The position numbers were made by a program, and so were the translations under genes. The notes under the pieces were generated by a model. It had not been told where the DNA came from and searched no databases. It worked only from the letters and a program-made list of their open reading frames with translations. A DNA stretch of 64,000 nucleotides from Candidatus Acetothermia bacterium (lineage in GTDB: Bacteria; Bipolaricaulota; Bipolaricaulia; RBG-16-55-9): the NCBI GenBank assembly GCA_016201405.1, contig JACQCZ010000001.1, forward strand, positions 8,432 to 72,431, in the 5' to 3' direction. The number at the start of each line of letters is the position of its first letter. Position 1 is the first letter of the stretch. Below, piece by piece: positions 8,501 through 19,679 of the stretch.

Positions 8501-9951
8501 GCCTTGAGATGACCGCGATCGATCAAATATTCCCGGTCGTTGAACTCTATCTCTCGATTGCTAAAGACCTGCTTGCGCTCATGTCCTTTGCCAGCGATCA
8601 AAACGACATCTCCCGGCTTCGCCAGAGCGAGAGCCCTATCAATCGCCAGCCAGCGGTCCTCGATCACTTCATACTGTGCGTCGATTCCGTCCATGCCAGA
8701 CTCGATCTCACTCAGAATCTCTGACGGCTCTTCGTATTTGGGATTATCATTGGTGATGATCGTGTAGGCTGAGAGCTGCCCGCTGATTTTGCCCATCTGC
8801 GGGCGCTTGGCGCGGTCCGAATCTCCGCCGCAGCCAAAGACGGTGATCACCCGCGGGTAGAAGAGCTTTAATGTTTTAATGACCTTCTCTAATGAATCGG
8901 GCGAATGAGCAAAATCAATGACCACGGCAAAGCCCTGTTCCGTAGCGTATCGCTCAAATCTGCCTTCGATGTGTGTGACAGACTCGAGGCGTGCTTTCAA
9001 TTCTTTCTGATCAATTCCGGCCCGCAAACCAACCCCAACAGCGGCCAGTGCATTCTCCACATAAAATTGGCCAGGCAGATGGAGTCGTGCTGAAAATGTT
9101 CCACTTGGAGTATGGATTTTGATCGAAGTGCCTTCCGCGTTCATCTCTTTGATTTCGGCACGGATATCTGCGTTTGAGTCCAGCCCATATCTCAACACCT
9201 GAGCACGGGTGCTCTTTTGAACTTCGGCACTCACAGGATCATCGTAGCGAATGAGTGCCAGACCTGAAGACTTCAGCTCTTTGAATAGCTTCAGTTTTGC
9301 ATCGAGATATGCGTCACGAGATGAAAAATAATCAAAGTGGTCATGGCTGAGATTGGTAAAGACAGCAACATCAAAATCGACGCCTCGCGCCCGTTCCTGC
9401 GCCAATGCATGAGCTGAGACTTCCAGAACTAGATTTTTCTTCCCGGCCTGAACCGCATCAAATGCAAGCCTCTGAATGGTGGCCGCCTCGGGCGTAGTCT
9501 GCTCGACTTCGCGCTCCAAGGCATTTGTGATTGTGTTGATCAGCTTTGTCTCACGCATGCCTAGAGCTGCGGCGCTATAGTGACAGACAGAGCTCTTGCC
9601 CTTTGTCCCTGTGACTCCAACTGTGAACAATTCTCGGGTGGGGTTATCGTAGAGGGCGCAAGCCAAATCAGCGAAGGCCTTGCGAACATCTTCGACCTGA
9701 ATCACGGGAATATTTTCCATCGCCTCAACTGAAGGGTCTTCGACAACAATGGCAACTACGCCCTTTTCAATGGCTGTGGGAATATACGCATGCCCATCAC
9801 TCTTGTGCCCGCGAATGGCCACGAAGAGGTCGCCAGGCTTTGTGGATCGAGAATCTAAAGAGATCCCAAAAATCTCTGGATCAGACGTGAGAGATGTGCG
9901 TGAACCATGCGCTAGCCCGCTGATCAACTGGCTCAACCGTTTTGATCTCAT
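8497..9951 (-). CDS. murE: UDP-N-acetylmuramoyl-L-alanyl-D-glutamate--2,6-diaminopimelate ligase (MurE).
   Basis: GVTGTKGKSS P-loop. DNPKYEEP motif near the C-terminus, typical of MurE. 484 aa. Confidence 0.88.
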   Translation of the reverse strand: MRSKRLSQLISGLAHGSRTSLTSDPEIFGISLDSRSTKPGDLFVAIRGHKSDGHAYIPTAIEKGVVAIVVEDPSVEAMENIPVIQVEDVRKAFADLACALYDNPTRELFTVGVTGTKGKSSVCHYSAAALGMRETKLINTITNALEREVEQTTPEAATIQRLAFDAVQAGKKNLVLEVSAHALAQERARGVDFDVAVFTNLSHDHFDYFSSRDAYLDAKLKLFKELKSSGLALIRYDDPVSAEVQKSTRAQVLRYGLDSNADIRAEIKEMNAEGTSIKIHTPSGTFSARLHLPGQFYVENALAAVGVGLRAGIDQKELKARLESVTHIEGRFERYATEQGFAVVIDFAHSPDSLEKVIKTLKLFYPRVITVFGCGGDSDRAKRPQMGKISGQLSAYTIITNDNPKYEEPSEILSEIESGMDGIDAQYEVIEDRWLAIDRALALAKPGDVVLIAGKGHERKQVFSNREIEFNDREYLIDRGHLKA

Positions 9952-9963
9952 ACCGAGAGGGGG

Positions 9964-11940
<1,977 letters not shown>

Positions 11941-12051
11941 TCACCCCCGCAAATGCTGTTATTATTGTACCCAAATTCCCTTCGGTACGCAAAAGACAAG
12001 CGTCCTGCCCTGTTGCTTGCCTCTTTTTTGTATATCTCTTACGATACCCAC

Positions 12052-12831
12052 ATGCTCTTAACGTTAAAAGTGGGCAACACGACCATTGCCGCCGGAATTT
12101 TTGCCGGAGAGAAGCTGGTTGCGGACTGGTCAATCTCTGCTCGCCGCGATTATACCCCGGATGAGCTGGGCATGATCCTGCTCAATTTTCTAGCGGCTCA
12201 CAAGATCAAGGCCTCTCAAATCGAAGGCTTTATCGTCAACTCGGTCGTTCCACCGCTCAACTGGGCCATCTCCAAGGCAGCCCACAAATATTTCTCAACA
12301 GAGGCGATCTTTTTAAATAACCGATTTGGGCTCGTTCCACTGGATGTCAAAGAGCCCGAAAGCGTCGGCGCTGACCGAATTGCGGATTGCATCGCCGGTT
12401 TTCGTCTCTATGGCGGCCCCTTGCTCATCATAGACTTTGGTACAGCAACGACATTCAATCTGCTCTCCCGTGAGGGCCACTTTCTCGGCGGGGCGATTGC
12501 CCCTACCATGGAGCTGGCAGCTGAGTCGCTTGTGAAGACGACGGCCCAGCTCTTCAAAGTCGAGTTGTCTCCACCCCGCTCGGTAATCGGCAAAGATACC
12601 GCCGAAAATCTTCAAGCCGGCATTGTCCTGGGCTTTTTAGAGCTTGTCGAAGGGCTGATTGACCGCTTTGAAGAAGAATACCCGGAAGGGCTCCGCATCA
12701 TCTCTACCGGAGGTCGTGGCAGTTTCTTCAAGGATCAAATTCCAGCCATTGAGATTCATGATGAGCACCTGGCTCTCAAAGGGCTTCGTATCGCCTGGGA
12801 AGAGCGGAATCGCGAACAGAAGAGCCTTTGA
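12052..12831 (+). CDS. coaX: Type III pantothenate kinase (CoaX). Start taken at the internal Met, not at the longest-ORF start 11836.
   Basis: MLLTLKVGNTTIAAG N-terminal motif of the Bvg accessory factor/CoaX family. The longer ORF would overlap the gyrB start. Confidence 0.8.
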   Translation: MLLTLKVGNTTIAAGIFAGEKLVADWSISARRDYTPDELGMILLNFLAAHKIKASQIEGFIVNSVVPPLNWAISKAAHKYFSTEAIFLNNRFGLVPLDVKEPESVGADRIADCIAGFRLYGGPLLIIDFGTATTFNLLSREGHFLGGAIAPTMELAAESLVKTTAQLFKVELSPPRSVIGKDTAENLQAGIVLGFLELVEGLIDRFEEEYPEGLRIISTGGRGSFFKDQIPAIEIHDEHLALKGLRIAWEERNREQKSL

Positions 12832-12877
12832 CTTGATTTGGCGATTGTGGTAAAGTTACAGCATTGGAGGAATGTAT

Positions 12878-13186
12878 ATGGAGCAGATGCTAGTAAATAC
12901 ACAACTGGTCTTTATGTTCTTTGCGAATCCGGCCGAATGGATTCCAATCCTGCTGATCGTATTGTTGCTCTTTGGTGGGAAAAAGCTCCCCGAGCTGGCT
13001 CGCTCCCTAGGTCAAGCCCAGCGTGCCTTCCGAGAAGAGTCCAACAAGCTAAAGCGCGATATTGAGGCGGAAAGCGCGAAGGAAGAGATGAAGAGTGCTG
13101 ATGTCGCCTCTCAACCCAAAGCGGCTCCGGCTACAGCTCAGTCAGGCGCTTCCACGAACAGCGGCTCTTCAGGCCAGAAGAGCTAG
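12878..13186 (+). CDS. tatA: Twin-arginine translocase subunit TatA/E. Start uncertain; ATG 12878 has a GGAGG SD, and 12914 is an alternative.
   Basis: TM helix plus amphipathic helix: IPILLIVLLLFGGKKLPELARSLGQAQRAFREE. Low-complexity C-terminal tail. Confidence 0.8.
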   Translation: MEQMLVNTQLVFMFFANPAEWIPILLIVLLLFGGKKLPELARSLGQAQRAFREESNKLKRDIEAESAKEEMKSADVASQPKAAPATAQSGASTNSGSSGQKS

Positions 13187-13233
13187 ACAAAGAGCCCAAG
13201 ACTCAGCGATTAGCGACAGGAGCAGATCCGACC

Positions 13234-14361
13234 TTGAAACTTCTCGAATATCAAGGAAAGAGACTCTTTGAGACTGTAGGACTCCCCATCCCCAAATGGC
13301 AGATCGCAGACTCCTCTGAAGCCGCCAAAAAGATTACCCAAGAGATGAGGGGAGTCGTGGTCGTTAAAGCCCAAGTGGCGGCTGGAGGCCGTGGCAAGGC
13401 CGGAGGGATCAAACTCGCTAAGACGCCGCAAGAGGCTGAGGATCTTGCAAAGAAAATTTTAGGGATGGAGATCCAAGGTGAGAAGGTTCGCCGTCTCATC
13501 ATCACCCAAGCTGTGGATATTGCACAAGAATATTATGTGGCGATTACGCTGGATCGCTCTCGCCACCGCCCGGTCATCATCTTTTCGACCGCGGGCGGCG
13601 TAGAGATTGAAGAGGTGGCCAAAACTTCTCCCCAAAGCATCCACAAAGCCTGGATCTCGCCTTTGGAAGGTTTCCATGCCTATCAAGCCCGCCAGCTGCT
13701 CTTCGATGCAAAAGTCCCCTCTGCTCAGATGAGCTCGATTCTGAAGGTGATGCTGGCGCTGTATGACGCATTCACACGTTACTGCGCGCATCTGGTGGAG
13801 ATCAATCCGCTCGTGGTCACCCCGAAAAACGAAGTCTGGGCCGTTGATGCCAAGTTCATTTTGGACGACGACGACCTGCCAGCCGAGGCGCCACTAGAAG
13901 AGGAAGCAGGGCTCGATCCGCTGGAGCGGTCGGCGCACAAAGCCGGGATCCAATATGTCAAACTCCATGGAGACACAGGTATAATCGGAAATGGAGCTGG
14001 ACTGGTCATGTCCACGCTTGATGTCGTGCAGCTCAAAGGGGCAAAGCCAGCCAACTTTCTCGATATTGGAGGTGGAGCTTCCGCCGAGCAGATGAGCAAG
14101 GCGCTGGAGCTCGTGCTGAGCGACCCCGAAGTGCGGGCTGTCTTTATCAACATCTTTGGCGGCATCACCCGGGGCGACCTCGTGGCTCAGGGACTTGTCG
14201 AAGCCAAAAAGTCTTTGAATGTGCGCGTTCCACTGGTTGTGCGGCTCACCGGGACCAACGAGATGGAAGGACGTCGCATTCTCGATCAGTCTGGTGGCTT
14301 TATCCCCGTTCGCAGCATGGAAGAGGGCGCAGAGAAGATTGCTGAGTTTGTCCGCTCGTAG
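13234..14361 (+). CDS. sucC: Succinate--CoA ligase (ADP-forming) beta subunit-like protein. TTG start.
   Basis: MKLLEYQGKRLF. ATP-grasp KAQVAAGGRGKAGGIKLA. C-terminal CoA-ligase region NFLDIGGGASAEQ...INIFGGITRGD. 375 aa. Confidence 0.8.
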   Translation: MKLLEYQGKRLFETVGLPIPKWQIADSSEAAKKITQEMRGVVVVKAQVAAGGRGKAGGIKLAKTPQEAEDLAKKILGMEIQGEKVRRLIITQAVDIAQEYYVAITLDRSRHRPVIIFSTAGGVEIEEVAKTSPQSIHKAWISPLEGFHAYQARQLLFDAKVPSAQMSSILKVMLALYDAFTRYCAHLVEINPLVVTPKNEVWAVDAKFILDDDDLPAEAPLEEEAGLDPLERSAHKAGIQYVKLHGDTGIIGNGAGLVMSTLDVVQLKGAKPANFLDIGGGASAEQMSKALELVLSDPEVRAVFINIFGGITRGDLVAQGLVEAKKSLNVRVPLVVRLTGTNEMEGRRILDQSGGFIPVRSMEEGAEKIAEFVRS

Positions 14362-14396
14362 CTTGCGACCCAAATTCTATTCAGGAGGAAATTCTT

Positions 14397-14423
14397 ATGT
14401 TAATGGAGGAGGAGATGGCATGA
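14397..14423 (+). other. Possible 8-codon upstream ORF (MLMEEEMA). Its TGA stop overlaps the ATG of the downstream peptidase gene.
   Basis: AGGAGG at 14383-14388, then an 8-nt spacer, then ATG TTA ATG GAG GAG GAG ATG GCA TGA. The stop overlaps ATG 14420 as ATGA. Confidence 0.2.
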
Positions 14424-16516
14424 AGCTGACTCGATTTTTAGCTCTTGGCATGCTGCTTGTGGTTGTTGGAGCCGCCACAATTCCAGCATCGGCAGATACA
14501 GACTCTTCGCCATTCATGCTCTTTAAAGATTTGCGTGTGGGCATGGAGGGCATCGGCAAGACCACCATCGGTGGCGATCAGATCCGCATCTTCCAGACGC
14601 GCATCGTTGGCCTTGTAGATAACCCTGGCGAGCTCGATGACTACATCTTGGTGCGCTCCAGCGGCGACCTCATTCGTGAAGCCGGTGGGTATGCCCAAGG
14701 CATGAGCGGAAGCCCCATCTACTTTAACAACAAGCTGGTCGGGGCGTTCTTTGGCTCTTATCTCTTTAGCGACAGCCCGAACCCCATTGGACTCGTGCGC
14801 CCCATCGAGACGATGCTCAAGATCGAGGATCGCATTGAAAAGGCTGTCGATGCAAGCAAGAACGACCAGATGAGCCTTCGCACAAACGATTTTGATCACG
14901 AGCCCAGCGCGGAGACTCTCAAGAATATTCGCTGGGACGATGGATCCACTAAGACGATTGAGTTCGTTGCCACTCCGCCAAGCCTGGCCACCCGGCAGGC
15001 CCATCCCAATACGGCCTATGTCGTGCGCACAGGAACGCCCCTCTGGGTGAGCGGACTCTCTGGACGAGCTTTAGACTGGCTTAGCGCAGGTGTGAATTCA
15101 TCAACGCTGTCACAGATTTCATCAAGTCTCCTTCCTATTAGCACAACGGAAAACCAAAACTTCTTGGATCAATTGTCCAAAGGCTTTGAGCAGCGCTATG
15201 GCACGGCCGTCTATCCTCTGGCTGCCGCCGCAACAGGTGAATCCGGGTCCACAGATTATAGTGAAGATTTTGAAGCAGGGCGCCCCATGGCAGCTCTCTT
15301 GGCTCAGGGCGATGTCCTGCTGGGCTCCGTCTGCACAACGACCTATGTTGATCCGATAAAGAACATTCTGCTCGCCTGCGGACATGAGCTCTTCCGCACC
15401 GGAGACTCCAGCCTCTTCTTGGCCAAAGCCCGTGTGATTGACACAGTCGCCACTTCACAAATCTCGTTCGTCTTGCCAGAGGTGGACAGAACCGATATCG
15501 CAGGCACAGTGCTTCAAGACCGGACTCAGGCGATTGGCGCCTCCATGGATTATCAGGCCCAGCCCATCCGGCTCACTGTGCATGTCCACGATACGACTAC
15601 TGACACAGACCACCAGATCACAGTCAACATCGCCCGAACCGATGGCCTGACGGCCACGCTCGTCTTCACGGCAATTTTGCAATCTGTGGATGACACCTTG
15701 AACAGAATCGGCAAAGGGACCATGAAGGTCGAATATACCATTCGTGGCAAGGGAATGGGTAAGAAGATTTCGCGCTCGGATGTCTTCGCCAGCTTCAATG
15801 ACATTGCGCTGACCGGCCCTCTTCAGGCAGCACAGATTGTCTATTTGATTGACCAGAATGAGTTCGTCGACCCACAGATTGACTGGGTGGACGTCGACAT
15901 TAGCGCTACCAACGACATTCGCTGGTACGACATCAAATCCATCGAGACCGACCAAGAGACGTATCATCCAGGCGATACCGTGCGTTACATCATTGTGATG
16001 AAGTCGTATCGAGGCGATGAGAAGAAGATCACAGGCAGCTTCACAATTCCGGCGGACACGACCGCCCGGCGCTTGACGCTTTACAGCTTTGGTGGACCGG
16101 CCCGCGCCCAGCAGAATAGCCAGTCTCAGCAGGTCGAGTTCAAGAGCTTGGATGAGATGCTTGGGGCAATCGAAAAGATCACAGGGAATGACCAATTGAC
16201 AATCCAGGTGCTGGGTCTGCCACCCAACCCCAAAGACTCATCTGCCGACCAGGACCCCACGCTGGATGTTCAGCATCTCAACGACTGGGTTGTGACTGGC
16301 GAAGACCGCGTCAACATTCAAGTCGAGCCACAGCCAAAGCCTGAGGCCCCCACTAAGGATGGGAACTCGGATAAGGACAAGGATAAGCAGAAGCAATCCG
16401 ATCAGAGCTCAGCCTCGAATTCTGGAAGCTCCGGCTCAAGCCAAGGCTCAGATCAAAACCAGAGCGGAGACTCTGGGAGCAAAGCTCCCTGCGCTCAGCT
16501 CTTCTATTGCCAATAG
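14420..16516 (+). CDS. Secreted SpoIVB/peptidase-S55-family serine peptidase. It has an about 500-aa C-terminal extension and an acidic Ser/Lys/Gln-rich tail. Start taken at the MKLTRF signal peptide rather than the longest-ORF start 14219.
   Basis: Signal peptide MKLTRFLALGMLLVVVGAATIPASA. S55 active-site block GYAQGMSGSPIYFNNKLVGAFFG. Tail ...NSDKDKDKQKQSDQSSASNSGSSGSSQGSDQNQSGDSGSKAPCAQLFYCQ. Confidence 0.7.
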   Translation: MKLTRFLALGMLLVVVGAATIPASADTDSSPFMLFKDLRVGMEGIGKTTIGGDQIRIFQTRIVGLVDNPGELDDYILVRSSGDLIREAGGYAQGMSGSPIYFNNKLVGAFFGSYLFSDSPNPIGLVRPIETMLKIEDRIEKAVDASKNDQMSLRTNDFDHEPSAETLKNIRWDDGSTKTIEFVATPPSLATRQAHPNTAYVVRTGTPLWVSGLSGRALDWLSAGVNSSTLSQISSSLLPISTTENQNFLDQLSKGFEQRYGTAVYPLAAAATGESGSTDYSEDFEAGRPMAALLAQGDVLLGSVCTTTYVDPIKNILLACGHELFRTGDSSLFLAKARVIDTVATSQISFVLPEVDRTDIAGTVLQDRTQAIGASMDYQAQPIRLTVHVHDTTTDTDHQITVNIARTDGLTATLVFTAILQSVDDTLNRIGKGTMKVEYTIRGKGMGKKISRSDVFASFNDIALTGPLQAAQIVYLIDQNEFVDPQIDWVDVDISATNDIRWYDIKSIETDQETYHPGDTVRYIIVMKSYRGDEKKITGSFTIPADTTARRLTLYSFGGPARAQQNSQSQQVEFKSLDEMLGAIEKITGNDQLTIQVLGLPPNPKDSSADQDPTLDVQHLNDWVVTGEDRVNIQVEPQPKPEAPTKDGNSDKDKDKQKQSDQSSASNSGSSGSSQGSDQNQSGDSGSKAPCAQLFYCQ

Positions 16517-16534
16517 AAAAAGAGTTGGGATCCC

Positions 16535-17938
16535 TTGTGGTCTGTAGAGAAGATTGCTCAATGGGTTCAGGGGCAAGTCTATCGGCCTGACCCGGCTAAA
16601 AAGATCACGGGCTTCTCAATTGATAGCCGTACGATAAAAAGAGGCGAATTCTTTGTAGCCGTCCGTGGCGCTCAGACGGACGGCTACTTCTTTTTAGAAG
16701 ATGCCTTCCAGCGCGGGGCAAGTGGCGCATTGGTTGAGCAGCTTCCAGAAGAGACCCGCGGTCTTTGCACCAATCTCATTCAAGTTCAGGATTCACGGAG
16801 AGCTCTTCAATCTCTCGCATCTTCGTATCGCACATGCCTGAACATACCGGTCATAGCGGTGACAGGCAGCTCGGGCAAGACAACGACAAAAGAGCTGATT
16901 TACGCCATTCTGGCCAAACATTTCAGAGCCTATCGCTCCCCAGGAAATTTCAATACTGAGATTGGGCTGCCACTGGCACTCTTGTCCATGCCACCTAGTG
17001 CCGAAGTCGGGATCTTTGAGCTGGGTCTGCAGCATCCAGGTGACATTGAAGCGCTCTGCAAGATTTTGACCCCCACAATTGGCGTGATCACCAGCATCGG
17101 AGAAGCGCATCTGGAATATTTTGCAGGTCTCGATGCCCTTGCCAATGAGAAATGGCAACTGGCAGAGTTTATTGCCGCTCATGGCGCAGCTCTCTTTCTC
17201 AATGTCGACTCGACTCCACTCTCAGAAAGGGCAAAGAAGATTGGCCTTTCACGTTCAGCCCAGCTATTGGGTTTTGGAATTCAAGATGATGCCGCAGCGC
17301 TGCGTGCAGAAAATATTGAAGATGTCACTCTAGCTGGGCTTCGCTTTGAGATTTGCACTCCAGACAAGAAAATTCCGATTCAGAGCCGGCTCTTAGGGCG
17401 AGCCAATGCCTATGCAATCTTGGCTGCCGCTGGCACTGCTCTATATCTGGATGTCCCGGAAGAAGTCATTCAACGTGCAGTCCGTGAATTTGAGCCTGTC
17501 CAGCACCGGATGGAATTGAAAGAATCGAAGCGCTTCGGCTGGGTGATTGACGACTCGTATAACGCAAATCCCAGCTCCACACGAGAGGCAATCCGTGCCC
17601 TCAGCCGATTTGAAACACCTCTTCAGAAGATCCTCATTATCGGCGACATGCTGGAGCTTGGAGATTCTGCGATGGAGCTTCATCGGGCATTGGCTGATGA
17701 AGTCAAAAAGAGAGATATTAAGCTTCTCTTTACGTTTGGTGATTCTGCAGCAGGACTAAGCCGTGTGCTGGCTGCCAAAAGAGACTGGAGTTCAAAGAGA
17801 GCTATTCACTGCACGTCTCAAGAAGAGCTTTTCAAGCGCTTGGAGAATCTACTGACGAATCATCAAAATCTCATCTTGGTCAAAGGCTCAAGGGGAATGC
17901 AACTCGATCAGCTTGTGGAACGACTCGTCGAGAGTTGA
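16535..17938 (+). CDS. murF: UDP-N-acetylmuramoyl-tripeptide--D-alanyl-D-alanine ligase (MurF). TTG start.
   Basis: VTGSSGKTTTKELI P-loop. Mur ligase domain organisation. 467 aa. Confidence 0.88.
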   Translation: MWSVEKIAQWVQGQVYRPDPAKKITGFSIDSRTIKRGEFFVAVRGAQTDGYFFLEDAFQRGASGALVEQLPEETRGLCTNLIQVQDSRRALQSLASSYRTCLNIPVIAVTGSSGKTTTKELIYAILAKHFRAYRSPGNFNTEIGLPLALLSMPPSAEVGIFELGLQHPGDIEALCKILTPTIGVITSIGEAHLEYFAGLDALANEKWQLAEFIAAHGAALFLNVDSTPLSERAKKIGLSRSAQLLGFGIQDDAAALRAENIEDVTLAGLRFEICTPDKKIPIQSRLLGRANAYAILAAAGTALYLDVPEEVIQRAVREFEPVQHRMELKESKRFGWVIDDSYNANPSSTREAIRALSRFETPLQKILIIGDMLELGDSAMELHRALADEVKKRDIKLLFTFGDSAAGLSRVLAAKRDWSSKRAIHCTSQEELFKRLENLLTNHQNLILVKGSRGMQLDQLVERLVES

Positions 17939-17942
17939 GCCC

Positions 17943-19649
17943 TCATGGACTGGCGACAACTGTAAAGAACGCAATCAATGAATTGTTGTTCGCATCTAGC
18001 TCAGCTTGATCCGTTGAGATAATCTCAATCTTGATGGAATAGAGACCGGGATCAAGGGTGCTGGTGTCGAGAGTCGTCTTGACATCCATAGAAAGCCCGA
18101 GCTTCAGGATTTCGATTGTCTTTGTTGAGATGGTCTGGTAGCCCTGATTCTGACCTGAATCTTCGCGGCGAACCGAGAAGACGACTTTGAAATTCTGCGC
18201 ATCCTGATTCCCGCTATTTTTGATTGTGCTGGATACCACAACTTTCTGACCGCGCACAACCGGTGAAGAGGGAGCCAAATCGAGGCTGACCGGGTGTAAC
18301 TCTGGTCCCCGTGCGGCTTGTGGATTCTGGTCCGCTAAGGTCACGACAGCCGTCAAGGTGTTGTCATCCTCATCTGTCTCTTGAATCAGATTGTTCGGAT
18401 CAAGTTTGATGACCCATTCATAATTTCCGAAAGAGAGCCCTGTGGAATCAAACTGAAGCTGCAAATCCAGTCCCTGCTCGGGACCTACTCGCTGGACCAG
18501 TGTACAAGGCGTGATGTCCGTGCCGGTCACAAAGGAATCTGAAGAAGCGCTGCATGTGAATTTCACCGGGACGACAAGCGCCGCAGCACTGCCTTGCGGC
18601 ACTGTGCGGAGGAGAGTTGAGATCTCGACGTTTTGTACGGACGCAAAGCTGCTGTTGTTGATTGTAAAATTTAGCGCAAAGAGTTGGCCAGGTCTGGCCG
18701 CCTGCGGAGAGACCCGCACCCCGCCAAAGCTCAGATTTCTCAGAGGCTGACCCAGAACAAAGTCAAACGTGAGAATGTTATCTTTTGTACTTACTTCATT
18801 TGGAATTACGCCGTTTGGGTCTACCAAAATTCTCATTTGGTAATCACCCGGGTCTATTAAGACGGAAGCAACTTGGGCTTCAATGATCTTTCTCTCACCG
18901 CTCAGAAGTCGAATATTCTTGCAGTCCGGACAGCTTAGTGATGGGGGCGATAACGTTGTAAATTCATTAAATTGGTCATCTCCCACTCGCTTCCGGATGG
19001 CAAGCGAGACATCAAATGGCACGTTGATATCGGCAAGACGGTCATTCTCAATTGTAAAATCAACGGTCAATACATCTCCCTCTCTAGGACTAGAAGGAGA
19101 CAATGCAAATTCGCCTAAGACCAGAACGTTGGGAAAGCGCTGTGTGATTGTAATAGGCGCTTGGCCAGAGTCGTTCTTTGAATTTTCATCCGTAAATTTG
19201 GAAGTCGCAATGATGTTATACGTCGAAGGGCTGATATTTGCCGTGTTGAATTGCGCCCGAATCGTGATACTGCTCCCATCCTGTCCTACAGCCGCAAGTC
19301 CTGGGATTGTGCAATGGGAAGCATCGGTCGAGCTGGCCATGGTCAGACACTGAACTTCGCTCGAGGTCAGGGTACGAGCCGTGCCTGCCGCCGTATCCTC
19401 AAGCTGAAATATGACATCAAAGCTTTGCGTAACCGGGGCAGCATTTCCGTTTGAAATCAAGGCCGAAATTGTGACGATCGTGCCCTGCTCAACCGAGCCC
19501 GAAGGCGAAAGATCAATCGGGTCACGAACTTGAACGTCTGGCTTCACCTGGGCAACAGCAATGAGCCCACAGGCTAAAATTAAAAAAGCAAACGGAACTG
19601 CCGACTTGACAAGAGTCAATGTCAATCTCTCGATCTTCGTGTGAGCCAT
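17943..19649 (-). CDS. Secreted protein with about 4 tandem CARDB domains.
   Basis: Signal peptide AVPFAFLILACGLIAVAQV. Repeated about 110-aa units ending in Asn/Asp-rich turns (ENSKND, EDDNTL, DANNNSL). Each unit has the conserved ...NxGxxxAxxFxVxF... core, as in the other CARDB genes nearby. Confidence 0.65.
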   Translation of the reverse strand: MAHTKIERLTLTLVKSAVPFAFLILACGLIAVAQVKPDVQVRDPIDLSPSGSVEQGTIVTISALISNGNAAPVTQSFDVIFQLEDTAAGTARTLTSSEVQCLTMASSTDASHCTIPGLAAVGQDGSSITIRAQFNTANISPSTYNIIATSKFTDENSKNDSGQAPITITQRFPNVLVLGEFALSPSSPREGDVLTVDFTIENDRLADINVPFDVSLAIRKRVGDDQFNEFTTLSPPSLSCPDCKNIRLLSGERKIIEAQVASVLIDPGDYQMRILVDPNGVIPNEVSTKDNILTFDFVLGQPLRNLSFGGVRVSPQAARPGQLFALNFTINNSSFASVQNVEISTLLRTVPQGSAAALVVPVKFTCSASSDSFVTGTDITPCTLVQRVGPEQGLDLQLQFDSTGLSFGNYEWVIKLDPNNLIQETDEDDNTLTAVVTLADQNPQAARGPELHPVSLDLAPSSPVVRGQKVVVSSTIKNSGNQDAQNFKVVFSVRREDSGQNQGYQTISTKTIEILKLGLSMDVKTTLDTSTLDPGLYSIKIEIISTDQAELDANNNSLIAFFTVVASP

Positions 19650-19679
19650 AGTTATAGTTATAAATACTCCAACCTTATT

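Noticed and set aside
12872-12914. Alternative tatA starts (ATG 12872 and ATG 12914).
   Set aside because: ATG 12872 is only 3 nt from the GGAGG. ATG 12914 has no SD. ATG 12878 with 9-nt spacing was preferred, but the true start remains uncertain.
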